A stretch of 64,000 bases of DNA from Macrostomum hystrix (GCA_950097015.1 CATNEN010000038.1:31744001-31808000), one strand, 5' to 3'. Positions 21,201 to 35,600 are shown, counted from the first letter of the stretch. Program-made: numbers and translations. The notes: a model not told the origin generated them from the sequence alone.

Positions 21201-21413
21201 GGAATGATGCGCATCGTCTACTGTTAGTAGGTGTGTTAAGAAAATGCATTATTGTTTATCAAAATGAACCGTTTTTAATCGCAGGACGAAGTCGAGAGCC
21301 AGTATGTGGTTCAAGAGTCCGCAAAAGAGTGGAACGAGACGAAGCAGGCAGTGGTCGATGATGTCATCAACACCCGAGGCATTCGTCCAGGTGTTGGGAA
21401 ATGGGCTAAATAA
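18220..21413 (+). CDS. cnbd1: Cyclic nucleotide-binding domain protein, CNBD1-like; join(18220..18293,18423..18715,~19039..19400,19875..20184,20895..21190,21285..21413)
   Basis: Phase-compatible GT..AG exons. INYDFLKKL..AHAEVMRNYHRVF, RRAH and LKKPMYERT..LKELA..ERW resemble CNBD1 as I recall it. Two cNMP-like beta barrels (VGELFGTL; IVSEG..IGYIQSGSC..GPKQAFGEASLL..CTLIA). The exon 3 acceptor is ambiguous (AG ending 19038, 19044 or 19050). Confidence 0.8.
19433..19613. repeat. 40-bp minisatellite x5 containing CTAAAAATAG and ACGTCA
   Basis: CTAAAAATAG starts at 19442, 19482, 19522, 19562 and 19602. Confidence 0.92.
20190..20812. repeat. 27-bp minisatellite (TTGAGTAGAGTGCTCATTCCTATGAGT)n filling a CNBD1 intron
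   Basis: About 22 diverged tandem copies starting right after the donor at 20185. Confidence 0.9.
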
Positions 21414-21729
21414 CTAGTTCGAGATTAATTTAATATGTACTTGACTTTCTATTCATTTTTGTTTAATTTTGTAATGCTTCTTGTCTGAAAAACTGACAGA
21501 TTCTGTGCTACGAGTATTTCGCCTAAAATCTAAAATTCATCATGAAACCTGCGTTATAATAGTAATTTTGTGATGGTATACTGGAGTGGCGACACTATAG
21601 AAACATCTGTCGCGAGTACAGAAGATTTTTTTTTTCTATTTTTTATATCAGTAGAGAATACACCTAGCCCAGCTAGCGGGCCAAAGAGAGAACCTAAAAG
21701 ATCACAGTGGGCCGCATTGACTGTAGAAA

Positions 21730-21866
21730 TATGAGACCGGGGAGAGACGAGACGGGAGAGACGAGACAGGGGAGAGATGAAGCAGGGGAGAGACGAGACA
21801 GGGGAGAGATGAGACACGGAAGAGATAAGACAATGGAGAGATAAGACACGGAGAGATGAGACAGGA
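21730..21866. repeat. Purine-rich degenerate minisatellite (GAGA[T/C]GAGACAGGGGA-like)
   Basis: Tandem GA-rich units. Confidence 0.75.
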
Positions 21867-22492
21867 TACTAGGTGTCGGAAGGGGGCAACGGGCCGGATT
21901 TGGGAGCTTCGAGGGCCGCATCTGGCCCTTGTTTGCCGACCCTGGCTCTAACCACTAGGCCACTCTATCTTCCCCTTTTCCCCATTGTTTCACCAGCTAC
22001 CTAATAAAGTCAACGAGAGAACCGTATTCTTTCAGTCCTGGCTGAATCCTTTTTCCTATTTCCTATTTTAGCAACAAACTCTATATTGTGATGTAGACTA
22101 GCATTTTTTCAAGGCCTCCAACTCAGACATGCCTATGGTAGGCAGCGGGCCTCATTAAAAAATGACGATATGTTATACATACACAGGTACCATTTTCCGA
22201 TTCCCAGGCCACAATATCCAGATTAGTCTATAACGGACTAGTTAATTGCTTTGAGGCCACTAAAGGGTGTAGGTAGTATGAAGTTAAAATTAAATGATTG
22301 CAACAAAATTCTTGCTTGATGAACAGGTCGCATGGAACCGGTATTGGATGCTCAATTAATCGCTAGAGCATTCATTAATTATCCAGCCTATACAGTTAAA
22401 TTCCACAGAATCACATAAAAAACAAAACATTAACTTTTTGATAGTCGCATAACGGACCAACAGAAACTCAGACCTGGCAATCTTTGAGAAGC

Positions 22493-25400
22493 ATGGCAGA
22501 TGTGGAAAAGGTTGCCAAACCAGTAGAAAGCGGCGGCTGTACAGCTTCTTCTCGACTGAGGAAGCAACTGCTTAAAGAGGCTATAGAATCTACCACAGCA
22601 CACGGACTATCGAGAGTTGCCAGCGACAAGCACCCGGTTCTGCGCCTGTTTTGGGCTGCAGCCTTTCTGTTCATGCTAGGTCTATTCCTCAATGAACTGT
22701 CAAAAGCGGCTGTGAAGCTCTACTCATTGCCTGTTTCCACCGCCGTGGAACCGTCTTCAGAAGCATTCACCTTTCCCGATGTACACATCTGCCCCTTGAG
22801 TATTGTCTCCGCGAGTTATCCAACGCAGTTGACGCCAGCAGAAAGCAACTACACGACCGAGCAGTTTGATAAAATAAGTCGCTTAATAGCATCTCTGAAC
22901 GGGACCCCATCAGATAAGATAGAAATGACTGCGCTGGCTTTTTCGTCAACGATGCAGCGAAAATTTCTCAGCGAAAGACTCGGCATGAGACAGGAGCAGT
23001 CGGTAATTTATGCGAGAATTTTTCCCACCAATATGCGTCTCGAGTTTAACGTTGACATTGTGGACGAGTCGCATCACAGGCATCTGAAATGTTACCGAAT
23101 TCGTCTAAAGAATCCAGACTATCGCAATCTTTTGAATAGCGTCACAAACTGTTTGGATCTGATCCTGTACGCTGACGTCACTTACAATCATACGCTGCGG
23201 TTTTCCCCCGATATTGACTCAAGAGGCCTGACATTTTCAAACTACGATTCGTTAATTAGCGCCGGTGTTCGCCTGTACTTCACAGAGGAGAATGCCTACC
23301 CAGATGACTACAGTGCTTCGGTGGTGTTAAGTCCGGGTTCGAAGCATTTCATTAAGCTTTTCATGACTCGAGTTACAAGACCAGTGGAAAAGGGCCAGTG
23401 CGCCAGCGTTGAACAAAAGGTTGCGTTTGTTGATGAAATCAATGGACAGCTTGTCGAATTCAATCAGAATCTAGCAGGTAAGTTTCAACAGTTCCTAGAA
23501 AAATATTTGGAAGCAGATACAAAGCTCCTTGTTTGAAATGAATTCGTTTAACAAGGTTCGGTCCATGCATAACAAAAAAATTAATAAGGCATTAATAAAT
23601 TAACTTGATCACTGATCAGAGAATGCAAATAACAAAACACCGTTTCTGAGCGTTTCTTTAGTTTTAGAAGTTTTAATTTTGATGTGCATTTGGGCCCAGA
23701 AAATAACATAACAAAATCAATGAAGCTAAAAACAATTAAACTAATATCAAAAGATAAGCATTTGATCAGCCTTTACTCAAACACAAGCTTTAAATTCGTG
23801 CAGAAAAATGTGGAAAATTTATATCTCAAACTTTTTTCAATAAACATTATACTCGTAGTTTGAGTTTGAGTCTCTTTGAGTAGATTCTTCGAGCAACAAG
23901 ATTTGACGAGAGGGGTCAAATTGGCAGAGCTGTAAACGCGTTTGCCTCTAGCACCAAGGTCCCTGAGCTCGATTCCGCGGCGAGGCAACATTCATCTGGC
24001 AGATGTACACACCTGTGTGAGCGTGTGCCTGCGTACGGTATCTGTGTGCGTGTGTGCTCAGGAGTCTGTGACGATTAAATGACGAAGACAGAGTCCGTGG
24101 CGGCGGCAATTAAAGTTCACTTCAGTCTGGAGTCAGTTCAATTATGTGGTGTAGCGGTAGCACTTTATTATCTTAGTGCACTGGGATGCACGACAAGCAG
24201 GGCGAAGAAAGTAGGTGCAGGAGCTCAATAATAGTAATAGAAATGACAGCACGGCGAGGCGAAGAGGACAACGAGAAGATAAGGCGAGATAACAAGAACT
24301 AGAACCGGACAGGACAGGACAAGCACGAGAACCAGAACGAGAACCAGAACATACTCAGAACCAGATCGAACCAGTGGGGCGCGAGCAGGCCTAAAGCCCT
24401 TAGTTAAATAAGCTTAGTAAACTGCAGAACAGGGCGATCGATAACTCTGGAAACTGGCTCCAGCCAATGAGCGTGTAAGTACACTGGTCTGGGCAGACGA
24501 CAATTTAAACATTAGCAAAACCAAGCTGTGGCAGCGCGATGTGCACTAACGCCTACTAACAGTAACACTCTAAGAATTACAGCTTAACCATACGAACTGA
24601 GAAATGGATGAAAACCAGATGACATCAGTAAAACGGCCCTAGTTAGTACACACGTAAATTAGCTATGTAAATTAACACGTGAACTAAATTGCTAGGGGCG
24701 CTTTCAACAAGTGACAACGTCACAAGTCAGTGGAATTGCCTCCTCGCTGGCTGCGGGTCTAGTGTCACCAAATGATGTGCCATTTCTCGCAGCCCTCCTG
24801 CAAATATTATTATTAGTAAATACGGTCAAACCTGGAAGATTTAGTACAGTCAAAACATGGATCATGATTAGTATTATTTTCAAATCACAATAATTTCCAG
24901 CATGCTACGCGAAGTACTTCAGCGTCATAACACTGCGCTACTTCAACTGTAGACTAGCTGGGCATTTCCCGCTTCCGTCCGAGTATCGAAGCCTGCCAAA
25001 CTGCCTCAACCTAACTGACTACCTTGACGATGTGAACCGAACTGTCGAGAAGTCGCTCAGTCTGATGAAGACACTGAAAATGCTTCAAGCAACAAACCAA
25101 AACTTGGAATTACTAGATTTTGTCAATGTTATGAAGTTTGTCGCCAAAATGTGCAAATTCCAGGTTCCATGCGATGAGCTGGAATACTCAGCTAAACTCA
25201 GCTCAAGCCTATATCCCGTGAAGCAAGGCTATCAGGCTTCATTGGCTACATTAATGCAGCAAATGGTTCAGGAGAGGCAGAGCCAGGGATACTCAGTTCC
25301 AGGCCTGGATTGGCTAACTCAACTGTTGCTAACGGCCAACACTACCACGGAGAAGACCATTGCGTCGGACGCGCTATCGAACAATGTGATTCGGACACTG

Positions 25401-25658
25401 ATTTGCGCGGGTGAGTTTCGCTCGACCAGCATCACGCAGAGCATCTCGTTCGGGCCGAATGATTTTTTAGCATCGTGCGGCGGCCTGATGGGTCTGTTCA
25501 TGGGTGCCAGTGTGCTCACTCTCGTTGAGGCTGTGGATCTGGTTCTGTGCCTCCTGGCCGGACACAGACTGCGTACCTCCGCTACGGCGGAAAGTCACGA
25601 CGAAAAGCCCGACACTGATGGTGTGAACATCGAATCATCATCGACGGTTGCTGGCTAA
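22493..25658 (+). CDS. DEG/ENaC (amiloride-sensitive, ASIC/FaNaC superfamily) channel subunit; join(22493..23477,24901..25658)
   Basis: Pre-TM1 STTAHGL, TM1 LRLFWAAAFLFMLGLF, FPDVHICP, GVRLYF, Cys-containing thumb, PCDELEY, TM2 FLASCGGLMGLFMGASVLTLVE with GAS filter; phase-1 intron G|GTAAG...TTTCCAG. Confidence 0.92.
23912..24815 (+). mobile_element. tRNA-derived SINE family A, copy 2, split by a solo LTR
   Basis: Head and body at 23912-24066; remainder GAATTGCCTCCTCGCTGG...GCCCTCCTGCAA(ATT)n at 24725-24815. Confidence 0.85.
24067..24724 (-). mobile_element. Solo LTR (658 bp, Gypsy-like) nested in a SINE
   Basis: Perfect 7-bp terminal inverted repeat TGTGACG...CGTCACA; 4-bp TSD AGTC on both sides; interrupts an otherwise contiguous SINE; AATAAA on the minus strand near 24164. 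Confidence 0.85.
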
Positions 25659-25769
25659 TCTAGACTTCTGATCTATATAAAATCATTCCAATCTGTTGAC
25701 CGATTTACTAACCTGACTCACTGTCTTTTTTATTCGTCCTTCAGAAAACCAATAATTTCCAATTCTTTC

Positions 25770-25960
25770 GGTTCCCCCAGAATTGTTGAATCGGTACCTG
25801 CACTACCTGGGGTAAACATTTTGGCATGTGTCGCGGCTTCCTAAGTCCATGGACTGGACAACTGTACACTGCCTTTGGAAGCGCCGAGCAATAGCTGGGC
25901 TAATCCACTCGCTGTTCCCCTCACCTAACAGTGGGTGAGGCGCAATGTCTGTCTATTCTG
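25770..25960 (+). mobile_element. SINE family B, diverged copy 2
   Basis: GGTACC.GCA.TA.C.GGGGTAA...TGTGTCGC...AGTCC.TGGACTG.ACA...GCGCCG.GCAATAGCTG is collinear with 3305-3420. Confidence 0.55.
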
Positions 25961-26649
25961 ATGTACATATATTTTTACTAATTTCATTTTGACAGTTAAT
26001 TTTTTATTCAGTAATTTTTTAAGAGCACTTTGCATAGTACTGCGTAAACTAAAATCAATCCACTATACTAAAAATGAAATGCTTGGTTGGTTGGTTGGTT
26101 GCTTGTAATTGATTTTCTTCCGAACGGCTCAACCGATTTTCACCATTTCTTCACCAAAAGATGCTAAATATGGGGACAATTATACACGTATTTTTATTAA
26201 GCTTAACTTTATTGCTAAAGGGATTAAATATTCGAAAAACATGATTTTTTCAAAGGTCAAACCATCTTGGCCTATTGAGAATTTCACTGACAGCCACTGA
26301 ATTAGAATTGCGTCGTCAAATTGCGCAACAACCCCTAGCTGATTGAATTTGAAGCCTGCACTCTGGAGACAAATTGGAAATAAATGTACACAACCAACCG
26401 CGAGACTGAGTGTACTCTATTTTCTTACTTCATTGTACAAAGCCAGAACTTTGAGAATTCATTTTATAAGGCTGATTTTTGCACCCACTAACCAACAGTC
26501 GGAATAGCCGATGTGTAGGCACTAGGAATAGGTTATAGGCTAGGCTAGGGTTCGATTCTGCACTGCGTCAAATCATTTAGACTAATTTTCAGCCAGTAGT
26601 GATTGAAGATTATTTTAATTTATTTTTTCATTTCGTAAATAAAATATCA

Positions 26650-29600
26650 TAAATCATAGCAAATCTGACTTTGAATCATGGCAAAAATAGAGCTTGAATC
26701 ATGGCTAAACCAGCGTCTGAATCATGGCTAAACCAGAGTTTGAACCATGGCTTAACCAGAGTTTGAATCATGGCTAAACCAGAGTCTGAATCATGGCTTA
26801 ACCAGAATTTAAATCATGGCTAAACCAGAGTCTGAATCATGGCTTAACCAGAGTCTGAATCATGGCTAAACCAGAGTCTGAATCATGGCTAAACCAGAGT
26901 CTGAATCATCGCAAAACTGGAGTCTGAATCATGGCTAAACCATAGTCTGAATCATGGCTAAAATAGAGTCTGAATCATGGCTAAACCAGAGTCTGAATCA
27001 TGGCTTAACCAGAGTTTGAATCATGGCTAAACCAGAGTCTGAATCATGGCTAAACCAGAGTCTGAATCATGGCTAAACCAGAGTCTGAATCATGGCTAAA
27101 CCAGCGTCTGAATCATGGCTAAACCAGAGTCTGAATCATGGCAAAACTGGAGTCTGAATCATGGCTAAACCATAGTCTGAATCATGGCTAAAATAGAGTC
27201 TGAATCATGGCTAAACCAGAGTCTGAATCATGGCTTAACCAGAGTTTGAATCATGGCTAAACCAGAGTTTCAATCATGGCTAAACCAGCGTCTGAATCAT
27301 GGCTAAACCAGCGTCTGAATCATGGCTAAACCAGAGTTTGAATCATGGCTAAACCAGAGTTTGAATCATGGCTTAACCAGAGTCTGAATCATGGCTAAAC
27401 CAGCGTCTGAATCATGGCTAAAGCAGAGTTTGAATCATGGCTAAACCAGAGTCTGAATCATGGCTTAACCAGAGTCTGAATCATGGCTAAACCAGAGTCT
27501 GAATCATGGCTAAACCAGAGTCTGAATCATGGCTAAACCAGCGTCTGAATCATGGCTAAACCAGAGTTTGAATCATGGCTAAACCAGAGTTTGAATCATG
27601 GCTTAACCAGAGTCTGAATCATGGCTAAACCAGCGTCTGAATCATGGCTAAAGCAGAGTTTGAATCATGGCTAAACCAGAGTTTGAATCATGGCTTAACC
27701 AGAGTTTGAATCATGGCTAAACCAGAGTCTGAATCATGGCTTAACCAGAATTTAAATCATGGCTAAACCAGCGTCTGAATCATGGCTTAACCAGAGTCTG
27801 AATCATGGCTAAACCAGAGTCTGAATCATGGCTAAACCAGAGTCTGAATCATGGCAAAACTGGAGTCTGAATCATGGCTAAACCATAGTCTGAATCATGG
27901 CTAAAATAGAGTCTGAATCATGGCTAAACCAGAGTCTGAATCATGGCTAAACTAGAGTCTGAATCATGGCTAAACCAGAGTCTGAATCATGGCTAAACTA
28001 GAGTCTGAATCATGGCTAAACCAGCGTCTGAATCATGGCTAAACCAGAGTCTGAATCATGGCTAAACCAGAGTCTGAATCATGGCTTAACCAGAGTCTGA
28101 ATCATGGCTAAACCAGAGTCTGAATCATGGCTAAACCAGAGTCTGAATCATGGCTTAACCAGAGTCTGAATCATGGCTAAACCAGAGTCTGAATCATGGC
28201 TAAACCAGAGTCTGAATCATGGCAAAACTGGAGTCTGAATCATGGCTAAACCATAGTCTGAATCATGGCTAAAATAGAGTCTGAATCATGGCTAAACCAG
28301 AGTCTGAATCATGGCTTAACCAGAGTTTGAATCATGGCTAAACCAGAGTCTGAATCATGGCTAAACCAGAGTCTGAATCATGGCTAAACCAGAGTCTGAA
28401 TCATGGCTAAACCAGCGTCTGAATCATGGCTAAACCAGAGTTTGAATCATGGCTAAACCAGAGTTTGAATCATGGCTTAACCAGAGTCTGAATCATGGCT
28501 AAACCAGCGTCTGAATCATGGCTAAAGCAGAGTTTGAATCATGGCTAAACCAGAGTTTGAATCATGGCTTAACCAGAGTTTGAATCATGGCTAAACCAGA
28601 GTCTGAATCATGGCTTAACCAGAGTCTGAATCATGGCTAAACCAGAGTCTGAATCATGGCAAAACTGGAGTCTGAATCATGGCTAAACCATAGTCTGAAT
28701 CATGGCTAAAATAGAGTCTGAATCATGGCTAAACCAGAGTCTGAATCATGGCTAAACTAGAGTCTGAATCATGGCTAAACCAGAGTCTGAATCATGGCTA
28801 AACCAGAGTCTGAATCATGGCTAAACTAGAGTCTGAATCATGGCTAAACCAGCGTCTGAATCATGGCTAAACCAGAGTCTGAATCATGGCTTAACCAGAG
28901 TCTGAATCATGGCTAAACCAGAGTCTGAATCATGGCTAAACCAGAGTCTGAATCATGGCAAAACTGGAGTCTGAATCATGGCTAAACTAGAGTCTGAATC
29001 ATGGCTAAACCAGAGTCTGAATCATGGCTAAACTAGAGTCTGAATCATGGCTAAACCAGCGTCTGAATCATGGCTAAACCAGAGTCTGAATCATGGCTTA
29101 ACCAGAGTCTGAATCATGGCTAAACCAGAGTCTGAATCATGGCTAAACCAGAGTCTGAATCATGGCAAAACTGGAGTCTGAATCATGGCTAAACCAGAGT
29201 CTGAATCATGGCAAAACCAGAGTCTGAATCATGGCTAAACCATAGTCTGAATCATGGCTAAAATAGAGTCTGAATCATGGCTAAACCAGAGTCTGAATCA
29301 TGGCTTAACCAGAGTTTGAATCATGGCTAAACCAGAGTCTGAATCATGGCTAAACCAGAGTCTGAATCATGGCTAAACCAGAGTCTGAATCATGGCTAAA
29401 CCAGCGTCTGAATCATGGCTAAACCAGAGTCTGAATCATGGCAAAACTGGAGTCTGAATCATGGCTAAACCATAGTCTGAATCATGGCTAAAATAGAGTC
29501 TGAATCATGGCTAAACCAGAGTCTGAATCATGGCTTAACCAGAGTTTGAATCATGGCTAAACCAGAGTTTCAATCATGGCTAAACCAGCGTCTGAATCAT

Positions 29601-32600
29601 GGCTAAACCAGCGTCTGAATCATGGCTAAACCAGAGTTTGAATCATGGCTAAACCAGAGTTTGAATCATGGCTTAACCAGAGTCTGAATCATGGCTAAAC
29701 CAGCGTCTGAATCATGGCTAAAGCAGAGTTTGAATCATGGCTAAACCAGAGTCTGAATCATGGCTTAACCAGAGTCTGAATCATGGCTAAACCAGAGTCT
29801 GAATCATGGCTAAACCAGAGTCTGAATCATGGCTAAACCAGCGTCTGAATCATGGCTAAACCAGAGTTTGAATCATGGCTAAACCAGAGTTTGAATCATG
29901 GCTTAACCAGAGTCTGAATCATGGCTAAACCAGCGTCTGAATCATGGCTAAAGCAGAGTTTGAATCATGGCTAAACCAGAGTTTGAATCATGGCTTAACC
30001 AGAGTTTGAATCATGGCTAAACCAGAGTCTGAATCATGGCTTAACCAGAATTTAAATCATGGCTAAACCAGCGTCTGAATCATGGCTTAACCAGAGTCTG
30101 AATCATGGCTAAACCAGAGTCTGAATCATGGCTAAACCAGAGTCTGAATCATGGCAAAACTGGAGTCTGAATCATGGCTAAACCATAGTCTGAATCATGG
30201 CTAAAATAGAGTCTGAATCATGGCTAAACCAGAGTCTGAATCATGGCTAAACTAGAGTCTGAATCATGGCTAAACCAGAGTCTGAATCATGGCTAAACTA
30301 GAGTCTGAATCATGGCTAAACCGGCGTCTGAATCATGGCTAAACCAGAGTCTGAATCATGGCTAAACCAGAGTCTGAATCATGGCTTAACCAGAGTCTGA
30401 ATCATGGCTAAACCAGAGTCTGAATCATGGCTAAACCAGAGTCTGAATCATGGCTTAACCAGAGTCTGAATCATGGCTAAACCAGAGTCTGAATCATGGC
30501 TAAACCAGAGTCTGAATCATGGCAAAACTGGAGTCTGAATCATGGATAAACCATAGTCTGAATCATGGCTAAAATAGAGTCTGAATCATGGCTAAACCAG
30601 AGTCTGAATCATGGCTTAACCAGAGTTTGAATCATGGCTAAACCAGAGTCTGAATCATGGCTAAACCAGAGTCTGAATCATGGCTAAACCAGAGTCTGAA
30701 TCATGGCTAAACCAGCGTCTGAATCATGGCTAAACCAGAGTTTGAATCATGGCTAAACCAGAGTTTGAATCATGGCTTAACCAGAGTCTGAATCATGGCT
30801 AAACCAGCGTCTGAATCATGGCTAAAGCAGAGTCTGAATCATGGCTAAACCAGAGTCTGAATCATGGCAAAACTGGAGTCTGAATCATGGCTAAACCATA
30901 GTCTGAATCATGGCTAAAATAGAGTCTGAATCATGGCTAAACCAGAGTCTGAATCATGGCTAAACTAGAGTCTGAATCATGGCTAAACCAGAGTCTGAAT
31001 CATGGCTAAACTAGAGTCTGAATCATGGCTAAACCAGCGTCTGAATCATGGCTAAACCAGAGTCTGAATCATGGCTAAACCAGAGTCTGAATCATGGCTT
31101 AACCAGAGTCTGAATCATGGCTAAACCAGAGTCTGAATCATGGCTAAACCAGAGTCTGAATCATGGCTTAACCAGAGTCTGAATCATGGCTAAACCAGAG
31201 TCTGAATCATGGCTAAACCAGAGTCTGAATCATGGCAAAACTGGAGTCTGAATCATGGCTAAACCATAGTCTGAATCATGGCTAAAATAGAGTCTGAATC
31301 ATGGCTAAACCAGAGTCTGAATCATGGCTTAACCAGAGTTTGAATCATGGCTAAACCAGAGTCTGAATCATGGCTAAACCAGAGTCTGAATCATGGCTAA
31401 ACCAGAGTCTGAATCATGGCTAAACCAGCGTCTGAATCATGGCTAAACCAGAGTTTGAATCATGGCTAAACCAGAGTTTGAATCATGGCTTAACCAGAGT
31501 CTGAATCATGGCTAAACCAGCGTCTGAATCATGGCTAAAGCAGAGTTTGAATCATGGCTAAACCAGAGTTTGAATCATGGCTTAACCAGAGTTTGAATCA
31601 TGGCTAAACCAGAGTCTGAATCATGGCTTAACCAGAATTTAAATCATGGCTAAACCAGCGTCTGAATCATGGCTTAACCAGAGTCTGAATCATGGCTAAA
31701 CCAGAGTCTGAATCATGGCTAAACCAGAGTCTGAATCATGGCAAAACTGGAGTCTGAATCATGGCTAAACCATAGTCTGAATCATGGCTAAAATAGAGTC
31801 TGAATCATGGCTAAACCAGAGTCTGAATCATGGCTAAACTAGAGTCTGAATCATGGCTAAACCAGAGTCTGAATCATGGCTAAACTAGAGTCTGAATCAT
31901 GGCTAAACCAGCGTCTGAATCATGGCTAAACCAGAGTCTGAATCATGGCTAAACCAGAGTCTGAATCATGGCTTAACCAGAGTCTGAATCATGGCTAAAC
32001 CAGAGTCTGAATCATGGCTAAACCAGAGTCTGAATCATGGCTTAACCAGAGTCTGAATCATGGCTAAACCAGAGTCTGAATCATGGCTAAACCAGAGTCT
32101 GAATCATGGCAAAACTGGAGTCTGAATCATGGCTAAACCATAGTCTGAATCATGGCTAAAATAGAGTCTGAATCATGGCTAAACCAGAGTCTGAATCATG
32201 GCTTAACCAGAGTTTGAATCATGGCTAAACCAGAGTCTGAATCATGGCTAAACCAGAGTCTGAATCATGGCTAAACCAGAGTCTGAATCATGGCTAAACC
32301 AGCGTCTGAATCATGGCTAAACCAGAGTTTGAATCATGGCTAAACCAGAGTTTGAATCATGGCTTAACCAGAGTCTGAATCATGGCTAAACCAGCGTCTG
32401 AATCATGGCTAAAGCAGAGTTTGAATCATGGCTAAACCAGAGTTTGAATCATGGCTTAACCAGAGTTTGAATCATGGCTAAACCAGAGTCTGAATCATGG
32501 CTTAACCAGAGTCTGAATCATGGCTAAACCAGAGTCTGAATCATGGCAAAACTGGAGTCTGAATCATGGCTAAACCATAGTCTGAATCATGGCTAAAATA

Positions 32601-35600
32601 GAGTCTGAATCATGGCTAAACCAGAGTCTGAATCATGGCTAAACTAGAGTCTGAATCATGGCTAAACCAGAGTCTGAATCATGGCTAAACCAGAGTCTGA
32701 ATCATGGCTAAACTAGAGTCTGAATCATGGCTAAACCAGCGTCTGAATCATGGCTAAACCAGAGTCTGAATCATGGCTTAACCAGAGTCTGAATCATGGC
32801 TAAACCAGAGTCTGAATCATGGCTAAACCAGAGTCTGAATCATGGCAAAACTGGAGTCTGAATCATGGCTAAACTAGAGTCTGAATCATGGCTAAACCAG
32901 AGTCTGAATCATGGCTAAACTAGAGTCTGAATCATGGCTAAACCAGCGTCTGAATCATGGCTAAACCAGAGTCTGAATCATGGCTTAACCAGAGTCTGAA
33001 TCATGGCTAAACCAGAGTCTGAATCATGGCTAAACCAGAGTCTGAATCATGGCAAAACTGGAGTCTGAATCATGGCTAAACCAGAGTCTGAATCATGGCA
33101 AAACCAGAGTCTGAATCATGGCTAAACCATAGTCTGAATCATGGCTAAAATAGAGTCTGAATCATGGCTAAACCAGAGTCTGAATCATGGCTTAACCAGA
33201 GTTTGAATCATGGCTAAACCAGAGTCTGAATCATGGCTAAACCAGAGTCTGAATCATGGCTAAACCAGAGTCTGAATCATGGCTAAACCAGCGTCTGAAT
33301 CATGGCTAAACCAGAGTCTGAATCATGGCAAAACTGGAGTCTGAATCATGGCTAAACCATAGTCTGAATCATGGCTAAAATAGAGTCTGAATCATGGCTA
33401 AACCAGAGTCTGAATCATGGCTTAACCAGAGTTTGAATCATGGCTAAACCAGAGTTTCAATCATGGCTAAACCAGCGTCTGAATCATGGCTAAACCAGCG
33501 TCTGAATCATGGCTAAACCAGAGTTTGAATCATGGCTAAACCAGAGTTTGAATCATGGCTTAACCAGAGTCTGAATCATGGCTAAACCAGCGTCTGAATC
33601 ATGGCTAAAGCAGAGTTTGAATCATGGCTAAACCAGAGTCTGAATCATGGCTTAACCAGAGTCTGAATCATGGCTAAACCAGAGTCTGAATCATGGCTAA
33701 ACCAGAGTCTGAATCATGGCTAAACCAGCGTCTGAATCATGGCTAAACCAGAGTTTGAATCATGGCTAAACCAGAGTTTGAATCATGGCTTAACCAGAGT
33801 CTGAATCATGGCTAAACCAGCGTCTGAATCATGGCTAAAGCAGAGTTTGAATCATGGCTAAACCAGAGTTTGAATCATGGCTTAACCAGAGTTTGAATCA
33901 TGGCTAAACCAGAGTCTGAATCATGGCTTAACCAGAATTTAAATCATGGCTAAACCAGCGTCTGAATCATGGCTTAACCAGAGTCTGAATCATGGCTAAA
34001 CCAGAGTCTGAATCATGGCTAAACCAGAGTCTGAATCATGGCAAAACTGGAGTCTGAATCATGGCTAAACCATAGTCTGAATCATGGCTAAAATAGAGTC
34101 TGAATCATGGCTAAACCAGAGTCTGAATCATGGCTAAACTAGAGTCTGAATCATGGCTAAACCAGAGTCTGAATCATGGCTAAACTAGAGTCTGAATCAT
34201 GGCTAAACCGGCGTCTGAATCATGGCTAAACCAGAGTCTGAATCATGGCTAAACCAGAGTCTGAATCATGGCTTAACCAGAGTCTGAATCATGGCTAAAC
34301 CAGAGTCTGAATCATGGCTAAACCAGAGTCTGAATCATGGCTTAACCAGAGTCTGAATCATGGCTAAACCAGAGTCTGAATCATGGCTAAACCAGAGTCT
34401 GAATCATGGCAAAACTGGAGTCTGAATCATGGATAAACCATAGTCTGAATCATGGCTAAAATAGAGTCTGAATCATGGCTAAACCAGAGTCTGAATCATG
34501 GCTTAACCAGAGTTTGAATCATGGCTAAACCAGAGTCTGAATCATGGCTAAACCAGAGTCTGAATCATGGCTAAACCAGAGTCTGAATCATGGCTAAACC
34601 AGCGTCTGAATCATGGCTAAACCAGAGTTTGAATCATGGCTAAACCAGAGTTTGAATCATGGCTTAACCAGAGTCTGAATCATGGCTAAACCAGCGTCTG
34701 AATCATGGCTAAAGCAGAGTCTGAATCATGGCTAAACCAGAGTCTGAATCATGGCAAAACTGGAGTCTGAATCATGGCTAAACCATAGTCTGAATCATGG
34801 CTAAAATAGAGTCTGAATCATGGCTAAACCAGAGTCTGAATCATGGCTAAACTAGAGTCTGAATCATGGCTAAACCAGAGTCTGAATCATGGCTAAACTA
34901 GAGTCTGAATCATGGCTAAACCAGCGTCTGAATCATGGCTAAACCAGAGTCTGAATCATGGCTAAACCAGAGTCTGAATCATGGCTTAACCAGAGTCTGA
35001 ATCATGGCTAAACCAGAGTCTGAATCATGGCTAAACCAGAGTCTGAATCATGGCTTAACCAGAGTCTGAATCATGGCTAAACCAGAGTCTGAATCATGGC
35101 TAAACCAGAGTCTGAATCATGGCAAAACTGGAGTCTGAATCATGGCTAAACCATAGTCTGAATCATGGCTAAAATAGAGTCTGAATCATGGCTAAACCAG
35201 AGTCTGAATCATGGCTTAACCAGAGTTTGAATCATGGCTAAACCAGAGTCTGAATCATGGCTAAACCAGAGTCTGAATCATGGCTAAACCAGAGTCTGAA
35301 TCATGGCTAAACCAGCGTCTGAATCATGGCTAAACCAGAGTTTGAATCATGGCTAAACCAGAGTTTGAATCATGGCTTAACCAGAGTCTGAATCATGGCT
35401 AAACCAGCGTCTGAATCATGGCTAAAGCAGAGTTTGAATCATGGCTAAACCAGAGTTTGAATCATGGCTTAACCAGAGTTTGAATCATGGCTAAACCAGA
35501 GTCTGAATCATGGCTTAACCAGAGTCTGAATCATGGCTAAACCAGAGTCTGAATCATGGCAAAACTGGAGTCTGAATCATGGCTAAACCATAGTCTGAAT

